Origin: Candidatus Nanosynbacter sp. BB002
GTDB taxonomy: Bacteria > Patescibacteriota > Saccharimonadia > Saccharimonadales > Saccharimonadaceae
DNA length: 32,000 nucleotides
Assembly (NCBI RefSeq): GCF_037013405.1
Contig: NZ_CP146064.1
Location: 360,001 to 392,000 of the forward strand
Direction of reading: 5' to 3'
Part shown: piece after piece, positions 1-7,296 of the stretch
Layout of the letters: each line of letters begins with the position of its first letter
How positions within the stretch are numbered: position 1 is the stretch's first letter
The notes under the pieces: generated by a model
Seen by the model: only the letters and a program-made list of their open reading frames with translations
The model's database searches: none
What the model was told of the DNA's origin: nothing
Position numbers and translations under genes: made by a program

Positions 1-430
1 GCCCCTCCACACAATCACACAAAACTTCTCCCATAGCCGTTTTCCTCTTTTCCTCAACAGCCTTTAAAATCAAATCCAAGTCGTCAAAACTCAGTTCACT
101 GTTCTCAATAACTTTCCCTATCATTTCTCCAACTTTCGTTTTACAAATTTTATCAAAAGTTCCTAATATATAACTGTTAGCAACTTCCTTTTCTGTAAAA
201 TCTGTCGAATAAATATACTTGTTCCCAATTTCCTTCTTTTTCAAAATATTCTTTTTCAGCAGCCGATTCAACAGCGCCTTTATTGTAGCCTGTTTCCAGT
301 TCATTTTCTCACAAAGCACCTCTGCCACAAACTTGCTCGTAACTTCGCTATTTGCCCACACAACTCGCATTACTTCCCATTCTGCATCGGTTATATGCTG
401 TTTTTTATCGATTCTGCAATTTTCTTTCAC
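1..430 (-). CDS. copY: CopY-like (BlaI/MecI/CopY family) winged-helix repressor; 3' end runs off the left edge of the window
   Basis: Not in the ORF track (no stop inside the window). My minus-strand translation from GTG 430..428 reads VKENCRIDKKQHITDAEWEVMRVVWANSEVTSKFVAEVLCEKMNWKQATIKALLNRLLKKNILKKKEIGNKYIYSTDFTEKEVANSYILGTFDKICKTKVGEMIGKVIENSELSFDDLDLILKAVEEKRKTAMGEVLCDCVEG... DAEWEVMRVVW and TIKxLLxRLxKK are the family core. The terminal CDC looks like the start of the CopY CxCx4CxC metal site. AAGGAGG (444..438) lies 7 nt upstream of the GTG. Confidence 0.8.
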   Translation of the reverse strand, partial: MKENCRIDKKQHITDAEWEVMRVVWANSEVTSKFVAEVLCEKMNWKQATIKALLNRLLKKNILKKKEIGNKYIYSTDFTEKEVANSYILGTFDKICKTKVGEMIGKVIENSELSFDDLDLILKAVEEKRKTAMGEVLCDCVEG

Positions 431-451
431 ATTCTTACCTCCTTTAATGTT

Positions 452-461
452 TACGTTTGTA
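452..461 (-). promoter_or_regulatory. cop-box-like operator, promoter-proximal (TACGTTTGTA; 9/10 to TACAnnTGTA)
   Basis: Lies between the -10 and the RBS of the CopY-like gene. It shares flanks with the second site (TTTAC....GTAATC). TACAnnTGTA is the CopY operator consensus as I recall it. Confidence 0.45.
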
Positions 462-471
462 ATCTTTTTAC

Positions 472-477
472 ATTATA
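472..477 (-). promoter_or_regulatory. -10 box TATAAT of the copY-like gene, flanked by the two operator-like sites
   Basis: The reverse complement of attata is TATAAT, about 42 nt upstream of the GTG. I found no convincing -35. Confidence 0.4.
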
Positions 478-482
478 TAGTT

Positions 483-492
483 TACAACAGTA
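483..492 (-). promoter_or_regulatory. cop-box-like operator, distal (TACAACAGTA; 9/10 to TACAnnTGTA)
   Basis: This is the second copy of the TTTAC-N6-GTAATC motif, 31 bp from the first. The two boxes bracket the -10, the arrangement described for cop promoters. Confidence 0.4.
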
Positions 493-555
493 ATCGTTTT
501 TTGTATAGTCTTGTCACATATGTATTATCTCACAACATATTTCCATAAATTTATG

Positions 556-564
556 TGCTATACT
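556..564 (+). promoter_or_regulatory. extended -10 promoter TGcTATACT for the 595..1176 gene
   Basis: TGc plus TATACT sits about 30 nt upstream of the ATG at 595. The same TGnTAnnnT architecture recurs all over the window. Confidence 0.4.
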
Positions 565-594
565 TGAGCTATCAAATTTAACATAAGGATTTTT

Positions 595-1176
595 ATGGCA
601 AGTACGAAAAATCGAACAAACTCTCAAACAAAAAAATCACAAGTTGAGCTGCTGGTGCCCGTTTTGATTGGTGTGATAGCAGTGTTGATGCTGATTGTTG
701 GTTGTTTGGTGTGGAAATTGAACTGTCAATCACCACACAAACCATACGCAGCGACGGAAAAGATTGGCAGCGGCTTCGTGAGTTTGGGCTCATTGGGCTT
801 TCGTTTTGAGGGAAATAAGGCGATCGCTCGGCACGACGCGTCCGTAAAAGAAATTCGTGAGTTTCTGAAAAAAGAAAATGAGCGATCAGGTTGCAAAGAT
901 AACAATGGTGCGGTCAGCGTGATTGCGTATTCTCAAGACGAAAAACAATTACTATTAGGCTTTGGTTGTGGCAACACGCTCGCGCGGATGTTTGCAGTAA
1001 AGAAAGACGATGGTTGGAAAGCAATTTCACCAACAAATCAGTTTAACTTGTTTGAGGTTCCAAGCTGTAAAATGACTGATGAAAATAATATCAGCAAGGA
1101 AATCGCACCGGTTTGCCAGAATGAAAGTCGCGCTGCAGAGAATGCTCCCCTGACTTATTCTTACAGAGTACGTTAG
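595..1176 (+). CDS. hypothetical membrane-anchored protein (one N-terminal TM helix, Cys-containing extracytoplasmic domain)
   Basis: 193-aa ORF with AAGGA 5 nt upstream of the ATG. There is a hydrophobic stretch LLVPVLIGVIAVLMLIVGCLVW after a basic N-terminus. I recognise no family. Confidence 0.65.
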   Translation: MASTKNRTNSQTKKSQVELLVPVLIGVIAVLMLIVGCLVWKLNCQSPHKPYAATEKIGSGFVSLGSLGFRFEGNKAIARHDASVKEIREFLKKENERSGCKDNNGAVSVIAYSQDEKQLLLGFGCGNTLARMFAVKKDDGWKAISPTNQFNLFEVPSCKMTDENNISKEIAPVCQNESRAAENAPLTYSYRVR

Positions 1177-1195
1177 TCTCGGTATTGTACCAAAT

Positions 1196-1224
1196 AAAAA
1201 TCCCCGTTTCGTGCGGGGATTTAG
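1196..1224. terminator. bidirectional intrinsic terminator between the convergent 595..1176 gene and secY
   Basis: 9-bp stem AAATCCCCG / CGGGGATTT (1198..1206 / 1214..1222) with a 7-nt loop. An A-run lies upstream and a T-run downstream, so it can terminate either strand. Confidence 0.7.
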
Positions 1225-1228
1225 TGTA

Positions 1229-2698
1229 TTATTTTTTGCGGAGCAATCGCCGTTTTTTTGGTTTATCGCTTGCCAAATCGTCGGCATCAAAGTCATCGTA
1301 GGTTACCATCAGTGCGCGCGAGCTGATTTGGCGGATGGATTCGAGCGCTACGGAGACGATAATCAAGATACCGGTACCACCGATTGATAAGCGAGTGCCG
1401 GTCAGCCCCGTGATGTGATAGATCAGATATTCAGCGACGAACGGCAAGATGGCGACCACGCCAAGTGCCAATGAGCCGAACAAGACCAAACGGTTGACGG
1501 TGCGGCGGAGGTATTCTTCGGTTTGCTTGCCTGGGCGAATGCCTTCAATGAAGCCGCCCTGTTTTTGCAAGCCTTCGGAGATTTCGGTGGCGTCAAAGCT
1601 AAAGCCAGTGTAGAAGTATGTGAAAGCGATGACTAAGATGAAGTACAGGACAGGATAGATGAAGGCTTCAGCGGTGCTGCCGGTAAAGCTGCCTGGGTTT
1701 GGTGCTTGGAACCAGGTGATCAGTGTGTTTGCTAGTGATTGCAACCCTTCGTTATCAGAGGCTTTCATGATTTGACCGATGAACTGTGGCAGACTCAAGA
1801 AAGCCACGGCGAAAATGACCGGGATCACACCAGCGGCGATTAGTTTGACTGGCAGGATGCTTTTGATGCCGCCGTAGTTACTGTTACCGTGGACACGCTT
1901 GGCGTAGTTGATAGTGATAACACGCTGTGCTTCGTTGATCTTCACGAGGAAGTACAGGACGATTAACATCATGAGCAAGAGGAAGAATACTATCCAGAAC
2001 ATAGTTGGACTGACCGGCAATTGGAACCAGCCAAATACGCTCAATGAGCCGCTTGAGGTGTCAAAGAGTGAACGGATGACAGTGGCTAGCATCTGAGGTA
2101 ACTGGCTGACGATTCCTGCGAAAATCAACAGCGAGATACCATTTCCTACTCCCTGCTCGGTGATGAGCTCACCTAGCCACATCAACAAGACTGATCCAGC
2201 GGTCATGGCGACAACCGAAACTGTCCATTCCATGATGGTTGGATCGCTCAAGACGGTTGATCCGCCAGCCAAGATGGTCTGGCGCAAGATGAAGATGAAA
2301 GCAATTGACTGAACGATGGCCAGTGGAACGGTGATGCGACGTGTCCATTGCTGAATTTTACGGCGTCCAGTTTCGCCGTCGTCGTGGAGTTCCTTTAGTT
2401 TTGGAATAGCTTTTGTCAGCAGCTGGATGATGATGCTGGCGGTAATGAATGGGCTCAAACCAACCAATACCAAAGAAAAGCTCGCCAAAGCACCGCCGGA
2501 CAGAAGGTTAAGGAACCCTCCTAAATCTGTGCTTCCTAATGCGGAGCTGATGGCTTGGCGCAACTGTGTTGGCTCAGCCAATGGCACTGGAATGTGCGCG
2601 AGTAATCGATATACGACAATGATACCTACTACAATTGATAGGCGTTTTTGCATATCTCTATTTTTCAATGACCGCCAAATGGTCTTCCAGCTAATCAT
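1229..2698 (-). CDS. secY: preprotein translocase subunit SecY (long, charged C-terminal tail)
   Basis: 489-aa multi-TM ORF in the canonical position after rplO. It has SecY-like N-terminus and TM layout, and RBS GAGGGGAAAG upstream. The tail ...DDFDADDLASDKPKKRRLLRKK is longer than in typical SecY. Confidence 0.93.
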   Translation of the reverse strand: MISWKTIWRSLKNRDMQKRLSIVVGIIVVYRLLAHIPVPLAEPTQLRQAISSALGSTDLGGFLNLLSGGALASFSLVLVGLSPFITASIIIQLLTKAIPKLKELHDDGETGRRKIQQWTRRITVPLAIVQSIAFIFILRQTILAGGSTVLSDPTIMEWTVSVVAMTAGSVLLMWLGELITEQGVGNGISLLIFAGIVSQLPQMLATVIRSLFDTSSGSLSVFGWFQLPVSPTMFWIVFFLLLMMLIVLYFLVKINEAQRVITINYAKRVHGNSNYGGIKSILPVKLIAAGVIPVIFAVAFLSLPQFIGQIMKASDNEGLQSLANTLITWFQAPNPGSFTGSTAEAFIYPVLYFILVIAFTYFYTGFSFDATEISEGLQKQGGFIEGIRPGKQTEEYLRRTVNRLVLFGSLALGVVAILPFVAEYLIYHITGLTGTRLSIGGTGILIIVSVALESIRQISSRALMVTYDDFDADDLASDKPKKRRLLRKK

Positions 2699-2802
2699 AC
2701 GTGTACTTTCCCCTCTGTCATTTCAATATATAGAATTCTCTAACCAGTATACAGGAGTATTTGGCTAAATACCAGTGTTGAACCTAAAAATACCAGCAAA
2801 GC

Positions 2803-2830
2803 AAAACGCCCCGGGCTAGCGAGGCGTTTT
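2803..2830 (-). terminator. intrinsic terminator/attenuator hairpin between rplO and secY
   Basis: On the minus strand the sequence is AACGCCTCG-CTAGCC-CGGGGCGTT followed by TTGCTTTGC. The stem is 9 bp including one G-U pair. Confidence 0.55.
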
Positions 2831-2855
2831 TGTTGATCACAAGACTAGATAGGTC

Positions 2856-3335
2856 TTATTTTTCGTCAGACTCGATGTCTTTTGCGCTTTTACGCAAAGG
2901 TGTCGGAACTTTTTCGAACGAGCCGCCAGCTTTTTCAATCGCTTTGACGACTGAAGCGGAAGCAGCTTGCACCTTCAAGTCAACCTTGGCTTTCAACTCA
3001 CCGCGGGCGATCACCTTGACCGTGTGGAACGGTGTGGCGATGTAGCCTTCGGTGAATAGCAATGCGTTATCGACGGTTTTACCGTCAAAGGCGTTCAAGT
3101 GGTCGAGGTAGACTACCTGAGCTGGTGTACGCAAGCTCTTGAAGCCGCGAGCTTTTGGCACAGCCTGAGCCAATGGACGCTGGCCACCCTGGAACATAGC
3201 GCGAAGCTTTTTACCAGTGCGGGCGTTCTGACCCTTGGTACCGCGACCAGCGGTTTTACCCTGGCCAGCAGCGATACCGCGACCAACGCGTTTTTTATTC
3301 TTGTTTGCTGAAACTTGGAGATCGTTGTATTTCAT
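2856..3335 (-). CDS. rplO: 50S ribosomal protein L15
   Basis: Contains KRVGRGIAAGQGKTAGRGTKGQ. Its ATG overlaps the rpsE stop (TAATG). Confidence 0.95.
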   Translation of the reverse strand: MKYNDLQVSANKNKKRVGRGIAAGQGKTAGRGTKGQNARTGKKLRAMFQGGQRPLAQAVPKARGFKSLRTPAQVVYLDHLNAFDGKTVDNALLFTEGYIATPFHTVKVIARGELKAKVDLKVQAASASVVKAIEKAGGSFEKVPTPLRKSAKDIESDEK

Positions 3336-3925
3336 TACTTAGCCTCCTTTTTAGCAGCCTTTTTGACTGGCTGAGCGTTGAGCCATTCTTCGCGTGGAAC
3401 GAGTGATTTCAATGCTTCAATAGTTGCGTAGGCGATGTTCACCTTGTTGGTTGAACCAAGTGACTTGGTCAGCAAGTTGCGAACACCCGTCACGCCGATG
3501 ATCTGTCGGACAACACCACCAGCGATGATACCAGTACCAGGAGCAGCCGGCTTGATCAGCACGCGGGCGCCTGAAAACTTGACTTCGCTGTCGTGTGGAA
3601 TAGTCTCGCCGTTGAGTGGCAAAGTGATCAAATGCTTCTTGGCAACTGAGGTTGCCTTGGCAACAGCAGCTTGTACGTCGGCACCCTTGGCCACACCAAC
3701 ACCAACCTTGTCTTTGCGGTTGCCGACAACCACCAACGCCTTAAAGCGGAAGCGGCGACCACCTTTGACCACGCGGGACACGCGGTCAATGTTGATAACC
3801 AATTCTTCAAACTCTTTTGGTGCGTCATCACGCACATTTCGCCGGTCATCGCGGCGACCACCACGCGGACTGCGAGGCCGACGGCCTTCTGCGCGTGGGG
3901 TAGTATTTGCAGCTTGTTCTGCCAT
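3335..3925 (-). CDS. rpsE: 30S ribosomal protein S5 (start trimmed to MAEQAANTT)
   Basis: Contains RVSRVVKGGRRFRFKALVVVGN. The ATG at 3925 is 1 nt after the rplR stop and is preceded by GAAGGATTGGAG. The longer ORF-track start at 3958 would overlap rplR. Confidence 0.93.
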   Translation of the reverse strand: MAEQAANTTPRAEGRRPRSPRGGRRDDRRNVRDDAPKEFEELVINIDRVSRVVKGGRRFRFKALVVVGNRKDKVGVGVAKGADVQAAVAKATSVAKKHLITLPLNGETIPHDSEVKFSGARVLIKPAAPGTGIIAGGVVRQIIGVTGVRNLLTKSLGSTNKVNIAYATIEALKSLVPREEWLNAQPVKKAAKKEAK

Positions 3926-3926
3926 A

Positions 3927-4277
3927 CTAGAACTCCAATCCTTCTTGGCGCGCAGCATCAGCCAATGCTTTCAAGCGACCAGCATACTGGCGGCCATTGC
4001 GGTCAAAGACCACTGCGCTAATTTTACTTTTCTTTGCTTTCTTGGCAATTTCAGTACCGATGGTAGCGCATTTTTCGCTCATCGTACCTTTTGCTTTGGT
4101 GCCAACGGTAGTTGCGGCAGCCAATGTCTTGCCTGCGACGTCGTCGATCAGCTGAACACTAACGTGCAGGTTGCTGATGGTGACTGTCAGGCGTGGGCGC
4201 TCTGCAGTTCCTGAAACTTTCGCGCGAACGCGGTTTTTGCGAAGAGCGCGGTTGAGTAATTTCTTGTTTTCAGCCAT
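3927..4277 (-). CDS. rplR: 50S ribosomal protein L18
   Basis: 116 aa with RPRLTVTISNLHVSVQLIDD. It sits in the canonical position between rplF and rpsE. Confidence 0.94.
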   Translation of the reverse strand: MAENKKLLNRALRKNRVRAKVSGTAERPRLTVTISNLHVSVQLIDDVAGKTLAAATTVGTKAKGTMSEKCATIGTEIAKKAKKSKISAVVFDRNGRQYAGRLKALADAARQEGLEF

Positions 4278-4279
4278 GA

Positions 4280-4819
4280 TTACTTACCTGTCTTTCCTGC
4301 TTTACGCAAAATTTGCTCGTCAGCGTACTTGATACCCTTACCCTTGTATGGCTCAGGCTTCTTCAGCGCGCGGATTTCCGCAGCGACTTGGCCGACTTGC
4401 TGTTTATTGATACCGCTAACGATGATGGTCATCTTTTCGTTGGTAACGGTGATACCCTCTGGGGCTTTGTATTTGACTGGGTGTGAAAACCCGAGCGCCA
4501 TTTCCAGCTCATTGTTGCTGGAACTCACGCGGAAACCGACACCATTGACCTCGAGGCGCTTTTCGTAACCTTTGGTCACGCCGATTACCATATTATTGAT
4601 CAGCGCGCGCATCAGACCGTGCTGGGCGCGAGCAGTTTTGGACTCATCCTTCGGATGAACCGTGACTTGTCCGTCTTCGACTTTCACCTCAACTGCTGGC
4701 GTGATGAATTGTGTCAATTCACCTTTCGGGCCCTTTACGACCACGTCACCAGAGTCAACCGTGATTGTCACACCGGCCGGAATAACCACCGGCAGTTTTC
4801 CGATTCGACTCAGACTCAT
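4280..4819 (-). CDS. rplF: 50S ribosomal protein L6
   Basis: 179 aa beginning MSLSRIGKLPVVIPAGVTITV, with SD AAAGGTGAG upstream. Confidence 0.95.
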   Translation of the reverse strand: MSLSRIGKLPVVIPAGVTITVDSGDVVVKGPKGELTQFITPAVEVKVEDGQVTVHPKDESKTARAQHGLMRALINNMVIGVTKGYEKRLEVNGVGFRVSSSNNELEMALGFSHPVKYKAPEGITVTNEKMTIIVSGINKQQVGQVAAEIRALKKPEPYKGKGIKYADEQILRKAGKTGK

Positions 4820-4855
4820 TACTCACCTTTCGTGTGATTTGATATTAACCCTGGT

Positions 4856-4885
4856 ATTCTAGCATAGATTAGGGGTAGAATGCAA
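4856..4885 (-). promoter_or_regulatory. sigma70-like promoter restarting rplF-rplR-rpsE-rplO (TTGCAT-18-TGcTAGAAT)
   Basis: -35 TTGCAT (4885..4880), 18-nt spacer ending in TGc, -10 TAGAAT (4861..4856), about 37 nt upstream of the rplF ATG. Confidence 0.55.
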
Positions 4886-4903
4886 GGTTTTTGATCGTTC
4901 TGC

Positions 4904-5434
4904 TTAGTTACCGTATGGAATGAGTAGAATAATCGCCAAAATGCCGAGAGCAATATATGTTGCTAGCGCAGCCTTGGTCAAATACGGTTCTGGCATGGTG
5001 TAGATTTTACGCACTTCGTAATAATCCCATAGCCGCCAACCAGAGATCATTAAAAGAATACCAGCGAAGATACTTAAATAGCCGCTGACATCAATATGCC
5101 AAAGAAAGTTTGATGCATCAATTAGAGCAATGAATGTAGCCATCCCCATTGTCGACCAGAAGCGTGCTTGTGGCTTTTGTCCGACAGCCATAAAGCAGGC
5201 AGCGGCGACCATGATTAACTCAACGAGAGGATTTTCCATAAATAGTACTTGAATATAATAACTGGGGATTCCCTGCCTGGGGTCAGTGCTGCCAATAAGC
5301 CAACCTATTCCGTACAGTAGCGGCACCATAACGACAATAGATAACAAGAAGGGTAAAAAATCAACAGCTAAGACATCTTTAACAGTTATTTCTGCTTGGT
5401 TTGACGTTTTTGTCATATGGAGGAAGCTACGCAT
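4904..5434 (-). CDS. hypothetical 5-TM membrane protein
   Basis: I count five hydrophobic helices in the ORF. The start at 5434 (MRSFLHMTKT...) is preferred because TGcTATACT lies 8 nt upstream and there is no SD. Alternative starts are 5416 and 5503. Confidence 0.6.
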   Translation of the reverse strand: MRSFLHMTKTSNQAEITVKDVLAVDFLPFLLSIVVMVPLLYGIGWLIGSTDPRQGIPSYYIQVLFMENPLVELIMVAAACFMAVGQKPQARFWSTMGMATFIALIDASNFLWHIDVSGYLSIFAGILLMISGWRLWDYYEVRKIYTMPEPYLTKAALATYIALGILAIILLIPYGN

Positions 5435-5442
5435 ATGATTAC

Positions 5443-5451
5443 AGTATAGCA
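5443..5451 (-). promoter_or_regulatory. extended -10 TGcTATACT, 8 nt upstream of the ATG at 5434 (near-leaderless)
   Basis: The minus strand reads TTTTGCTATACTGTAATCATATG. Confidence 0.4.
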
Positions 5452-5532
5452 AAATATAATTCTTAAATATCGTAAAATGACGACGCTGATAAAAATTGTA
5501 CATATCTACCGGATTAGCGATAGTTCGTAAAT

Positions 5533-5543
5533 TGCTATATACT
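5533..5543 (+). promoter_or_regulatory. candidate extended -10 (TGcTATATA / TATACT) for the CYTH gene
   Basis: The sequence is attGCTATATACT, about 35 nt upstream of the GTG at 5577, in the divergent intergenic region. Confidence 0.3.
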
Positions 5544-5576
5544 TTTAGTATTGCGTAAGTAAGTTGGAGGTTCCGC

Positions 5577-6164
5577 GTGACAGAACAGTATGAAATAGAG
5601 CGTAAGCGTCAGTTTGTGGGCGATTTGGAGGCGTTTATTGTGCAGCTGAACTCTCAGGGATTTTCCTTGGCTAGCGAAACTACCGAAATTGATAGCTACT
5701 ATTCTCGGCCTGACGTTGATTTCATGCAGACAGTCGAATGTTTGCGGATTCGGCAGCGTGATGATTTTACTGAAATAACCTATAAGCCACCGACCAATCA
5801 GCGTACGCGCACTGAGGATGGGGTTATCGTCAAGCCAGAAACTAATCTGCCGGTCAATCCAGAGAATACGGCTGTCGCTAAGCAGCTGCTAGCAAATCTT
5901 GGTATGGTGAAATTGGTTGAGGTCAATAAGTTTCGACGCATATTTAAGTGTGACGATGAGCCGGGGCTAACGATTGCTATCGACGAGATCAGCGGTGCGG
6001 GTGTTTTTATAGAAACGGAAATCATCAGCGAAGATAAAGAGTTGGCTTTGCGGCGAATTGAGGATATTGAAGCGCGGATAGGAGTTCAGGAGTTTGAAAT
6101 CATCACTCGACCGTATCGAGATATTTGCATGGATATATCTTTGAGAGGTTGCCGACTAGCGTAG
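5577..6164 (+). CDS. CYTH-domain protein (triphosphate tunnel metalloenzyme; class IV adenylate cyclase CyaB-like / triphosphatase)
   Basis: GTG start with GGAGG 6 nt upstream. The N-terminal YEIERK matches the CYTH ExExK signature. LRIRQ and GVFIETEI strands also fit the tunnel fold. Confidence 0.75.
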   Translation: MTEQYEIERKRQFVGDLEAFIVQLNSQGFSLASETTEIDSYYSRPDVDFMQTVECLRIRQRDDFTEITYKPPTNQRTRTEDGVIVKPETNLPVNPENTAVAKQLLANLGMVKLVEVNKFRRIFKCDDEPGLTIAIDEISGAGVFIETEIISEDKELALRRIEDIEARIGVQEFEIITRPYRDICMDISLRGCRLA

Positions 6165-6555
6165 AATCCAATTTTTCTTGTTTGATTTCATGAATATCGA
6201 AATAGTTAAAGTTTGAGACTTCATTTGTTTTACGAGGTGCCGTTAATAGAGTAACTTCGTAGACAATAATCAAAACAGGGTCGTCGAACTTTGTATTCCA
6301 AGTTGGAATAATCAAGGGATTTTCTGTAGAGACTTCGACATCTGCTTCTAATTCTTCCAGAAACTCTCGTTTCAACGCTTCTGTAACATCCTCACCATGT
6401 TCCAGACCGCCGCCAGGAAGATCCCATGAATCACTTCTCTCTTGAACGAACAGTAGCTTGCCTGAATAATCACGCACTAATCCCTTGACTACTACTCGAT
6501 ATGCTGATTTTATGTCTTTTAGTGCTCTAACTCCCATATGATGAAAGCTTATCAT
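6103..6555 (-). CDS. Nudix hydrolase
   Basis: Nudix box GGLEHGEDVTEALKREFLEELE (Gx5Ex7REUxEE). The start is uncertain. The ATG at 6555 follows the rpsH terminator T-run directly. The ATG at 6537 is preceded by TGaTAAGCT-N8, which would make it leaderless. Confidence 0.8.
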   Translation of the reverse strand: MISFHHMGVRALKDIKSAYRVVVKGLVRDYSGKLLFVQERSDSWDLPGGGLEHGEDVTEALKREFLEELEADVEVSTENPLIIPTWNTKFDDPVLIIVYEVTLLTAPRKTNEVSNFNYFDIHEIKQEKLDSTLVGNLSKIYPCKYLDTVE

Positions 6556-6586
6556 AAAAAATAAACGCCCTGCAACGAGGACGTTT
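6556..6586 (-). terminator. intrinsic terminator after rpsH
   Basis: The minus strand reads AAACGTCCT-CGTTGC-AGGGCGTTT followed by ATTTTTT. The stem is 9 bp with one G-U pair. Confidence 0.75.
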
Positions 6587-6604
6587 ATTTGATTCGCGTA
6601 AGGC

Positions 6605-7006
6605 TTAGTACACCTTCAACAACAATTCACCGCCAAGTTTAGCCTTGGCTGCTTCGGCGCCAGTCATGACACCTTTTGAGGTTGAGATGAGTACTAGACC
6701 GCGGCCAGATTTCACCTTTGGAATCTCGCTGGCGCCGACGTAAACACGACGACCTGGCTTTGATACGCGGGTGATTTCGTTGATGGTGCTGTTAGCGCCC
6801 TCTTCGTTGATGGTCACGACCAGCACACCACGAGGCTTGGCGTCTTCCAGTTTAACATCTGCGAGGTAGCCGTTTTTGACTAATTGTTCAGCGATGACTT
6901 TTTTCATCTTACTGGACGGAACACGAACTTCCGTCTTGCCAACCAGTTTCGCATTGCGAATGCGCGTCAGAAGGTCGGCGATTGGGTCTGTAGTTTGCAT
7001 AGACAT
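6605..7006 (-). CDS. rpsH: 30S ribosomal protein S8 (start trimmed to MSMQTTDPIADLL)
   Basis: Contains DPIADLLTRIRNA. AAGGAG lies 8 nt upstream of the ATG at 7006. The longer ORF-track start would overlap rpsN. Confidence 0.93.
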   Translation of the reverse strand: MSMQTTDPIADLLTRIRNAKLVGKTEVRVPSSKMKKVIAEQLVKNGYLADVKLEDAKPRGVLVVTINEEGANSTINEITRVSKPGRRVYVGASEIPKVKSGRGLVLISTSKGVMTGAEAAKAKLGGELLLKVY

Positions 7007-7026
7007 TGTCGAATCTCCTTTCCTTC

Positions 7027-7296
7027 TTACCAACTACTCTTTGTTATGCCTGGGATTTCGCCCTTGGCTGCTTTTTCGCGGAAATTGATGCGGCTCAGGC
7101 CGAACTGGCGCATGTAGCCACGTGGACGGCCGGAAATGCTGTCGCGGTTCTTGTGCCGAGTTGGGCTCGAGTTGCGAGGCAATTTCTGCAGTCCGTCGAG
7201 GTCGCCAAGTTCTTTGAGCCCAGCGCGCTTTGCAGCGTATTTTGCAATCATCTTCAGACGCTTTTTGTCGCGAGCGACCATTGATTTCTTAGCCAT
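7027..7296 (-). CDS. rpsN: 30S ribosomal protein S14, long Cys-free (non-zinc) form
   Basis: 89 aa ending ...[11 protein letters not shown], with no CxxC motifs. Confidence 0.93.
   Translation of the reverse strand: MAKKSMVARDKKRLKMIAKYAAKRAGLKELGDLDGLQKLPRNSSPTRHKNRDSISGRPRGYMRQFGLSRINFREKAAKGEIPGITKSSW

Noticed and set aside
219-548. 109-aa plus-strand ORF (MFPISFFFKIFFFSS...)
   Set aside because: It is a low-complexity Phe/Ser-rich translation with no SD. It lies antisense to a well-supported CopY-like gene that has a strong SD, so it is a shadow ORF.
2695-2721. 8-codon uORF (MTEGKVHV) whose TGA overlaps the secY ATG (GTATGA)
   Set aside because: It has no SD of its own, and the sequence it covers is simply the secY SD region. 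It is too short to separate from chance.
3435-4214. 259-aa plus-strand ORF, plus many similar 60-150-aa plus-strand ORFs across 2400..13400
   Set aside because: All lie antisense to unmistakable ribosomal protein and secY genes. Their Arg/Ser/Ala/Pro-rich translations are typical of the reverse frame of GC3-rich coding DNA, and none has an SD.
4837-6593. 7-bp direct repeat ATTTGAT (4837..4843 and 6587..6593) bracketing the CYTH/Nudix cassette together with its promoter and terminator, a possible target-site duplication
   Set aside because: A 7-mer recurring within two roughly 50-nt A/T-rich flanks is not statistically convincing. No terminal inverted repeats, integrase or transposase are present.
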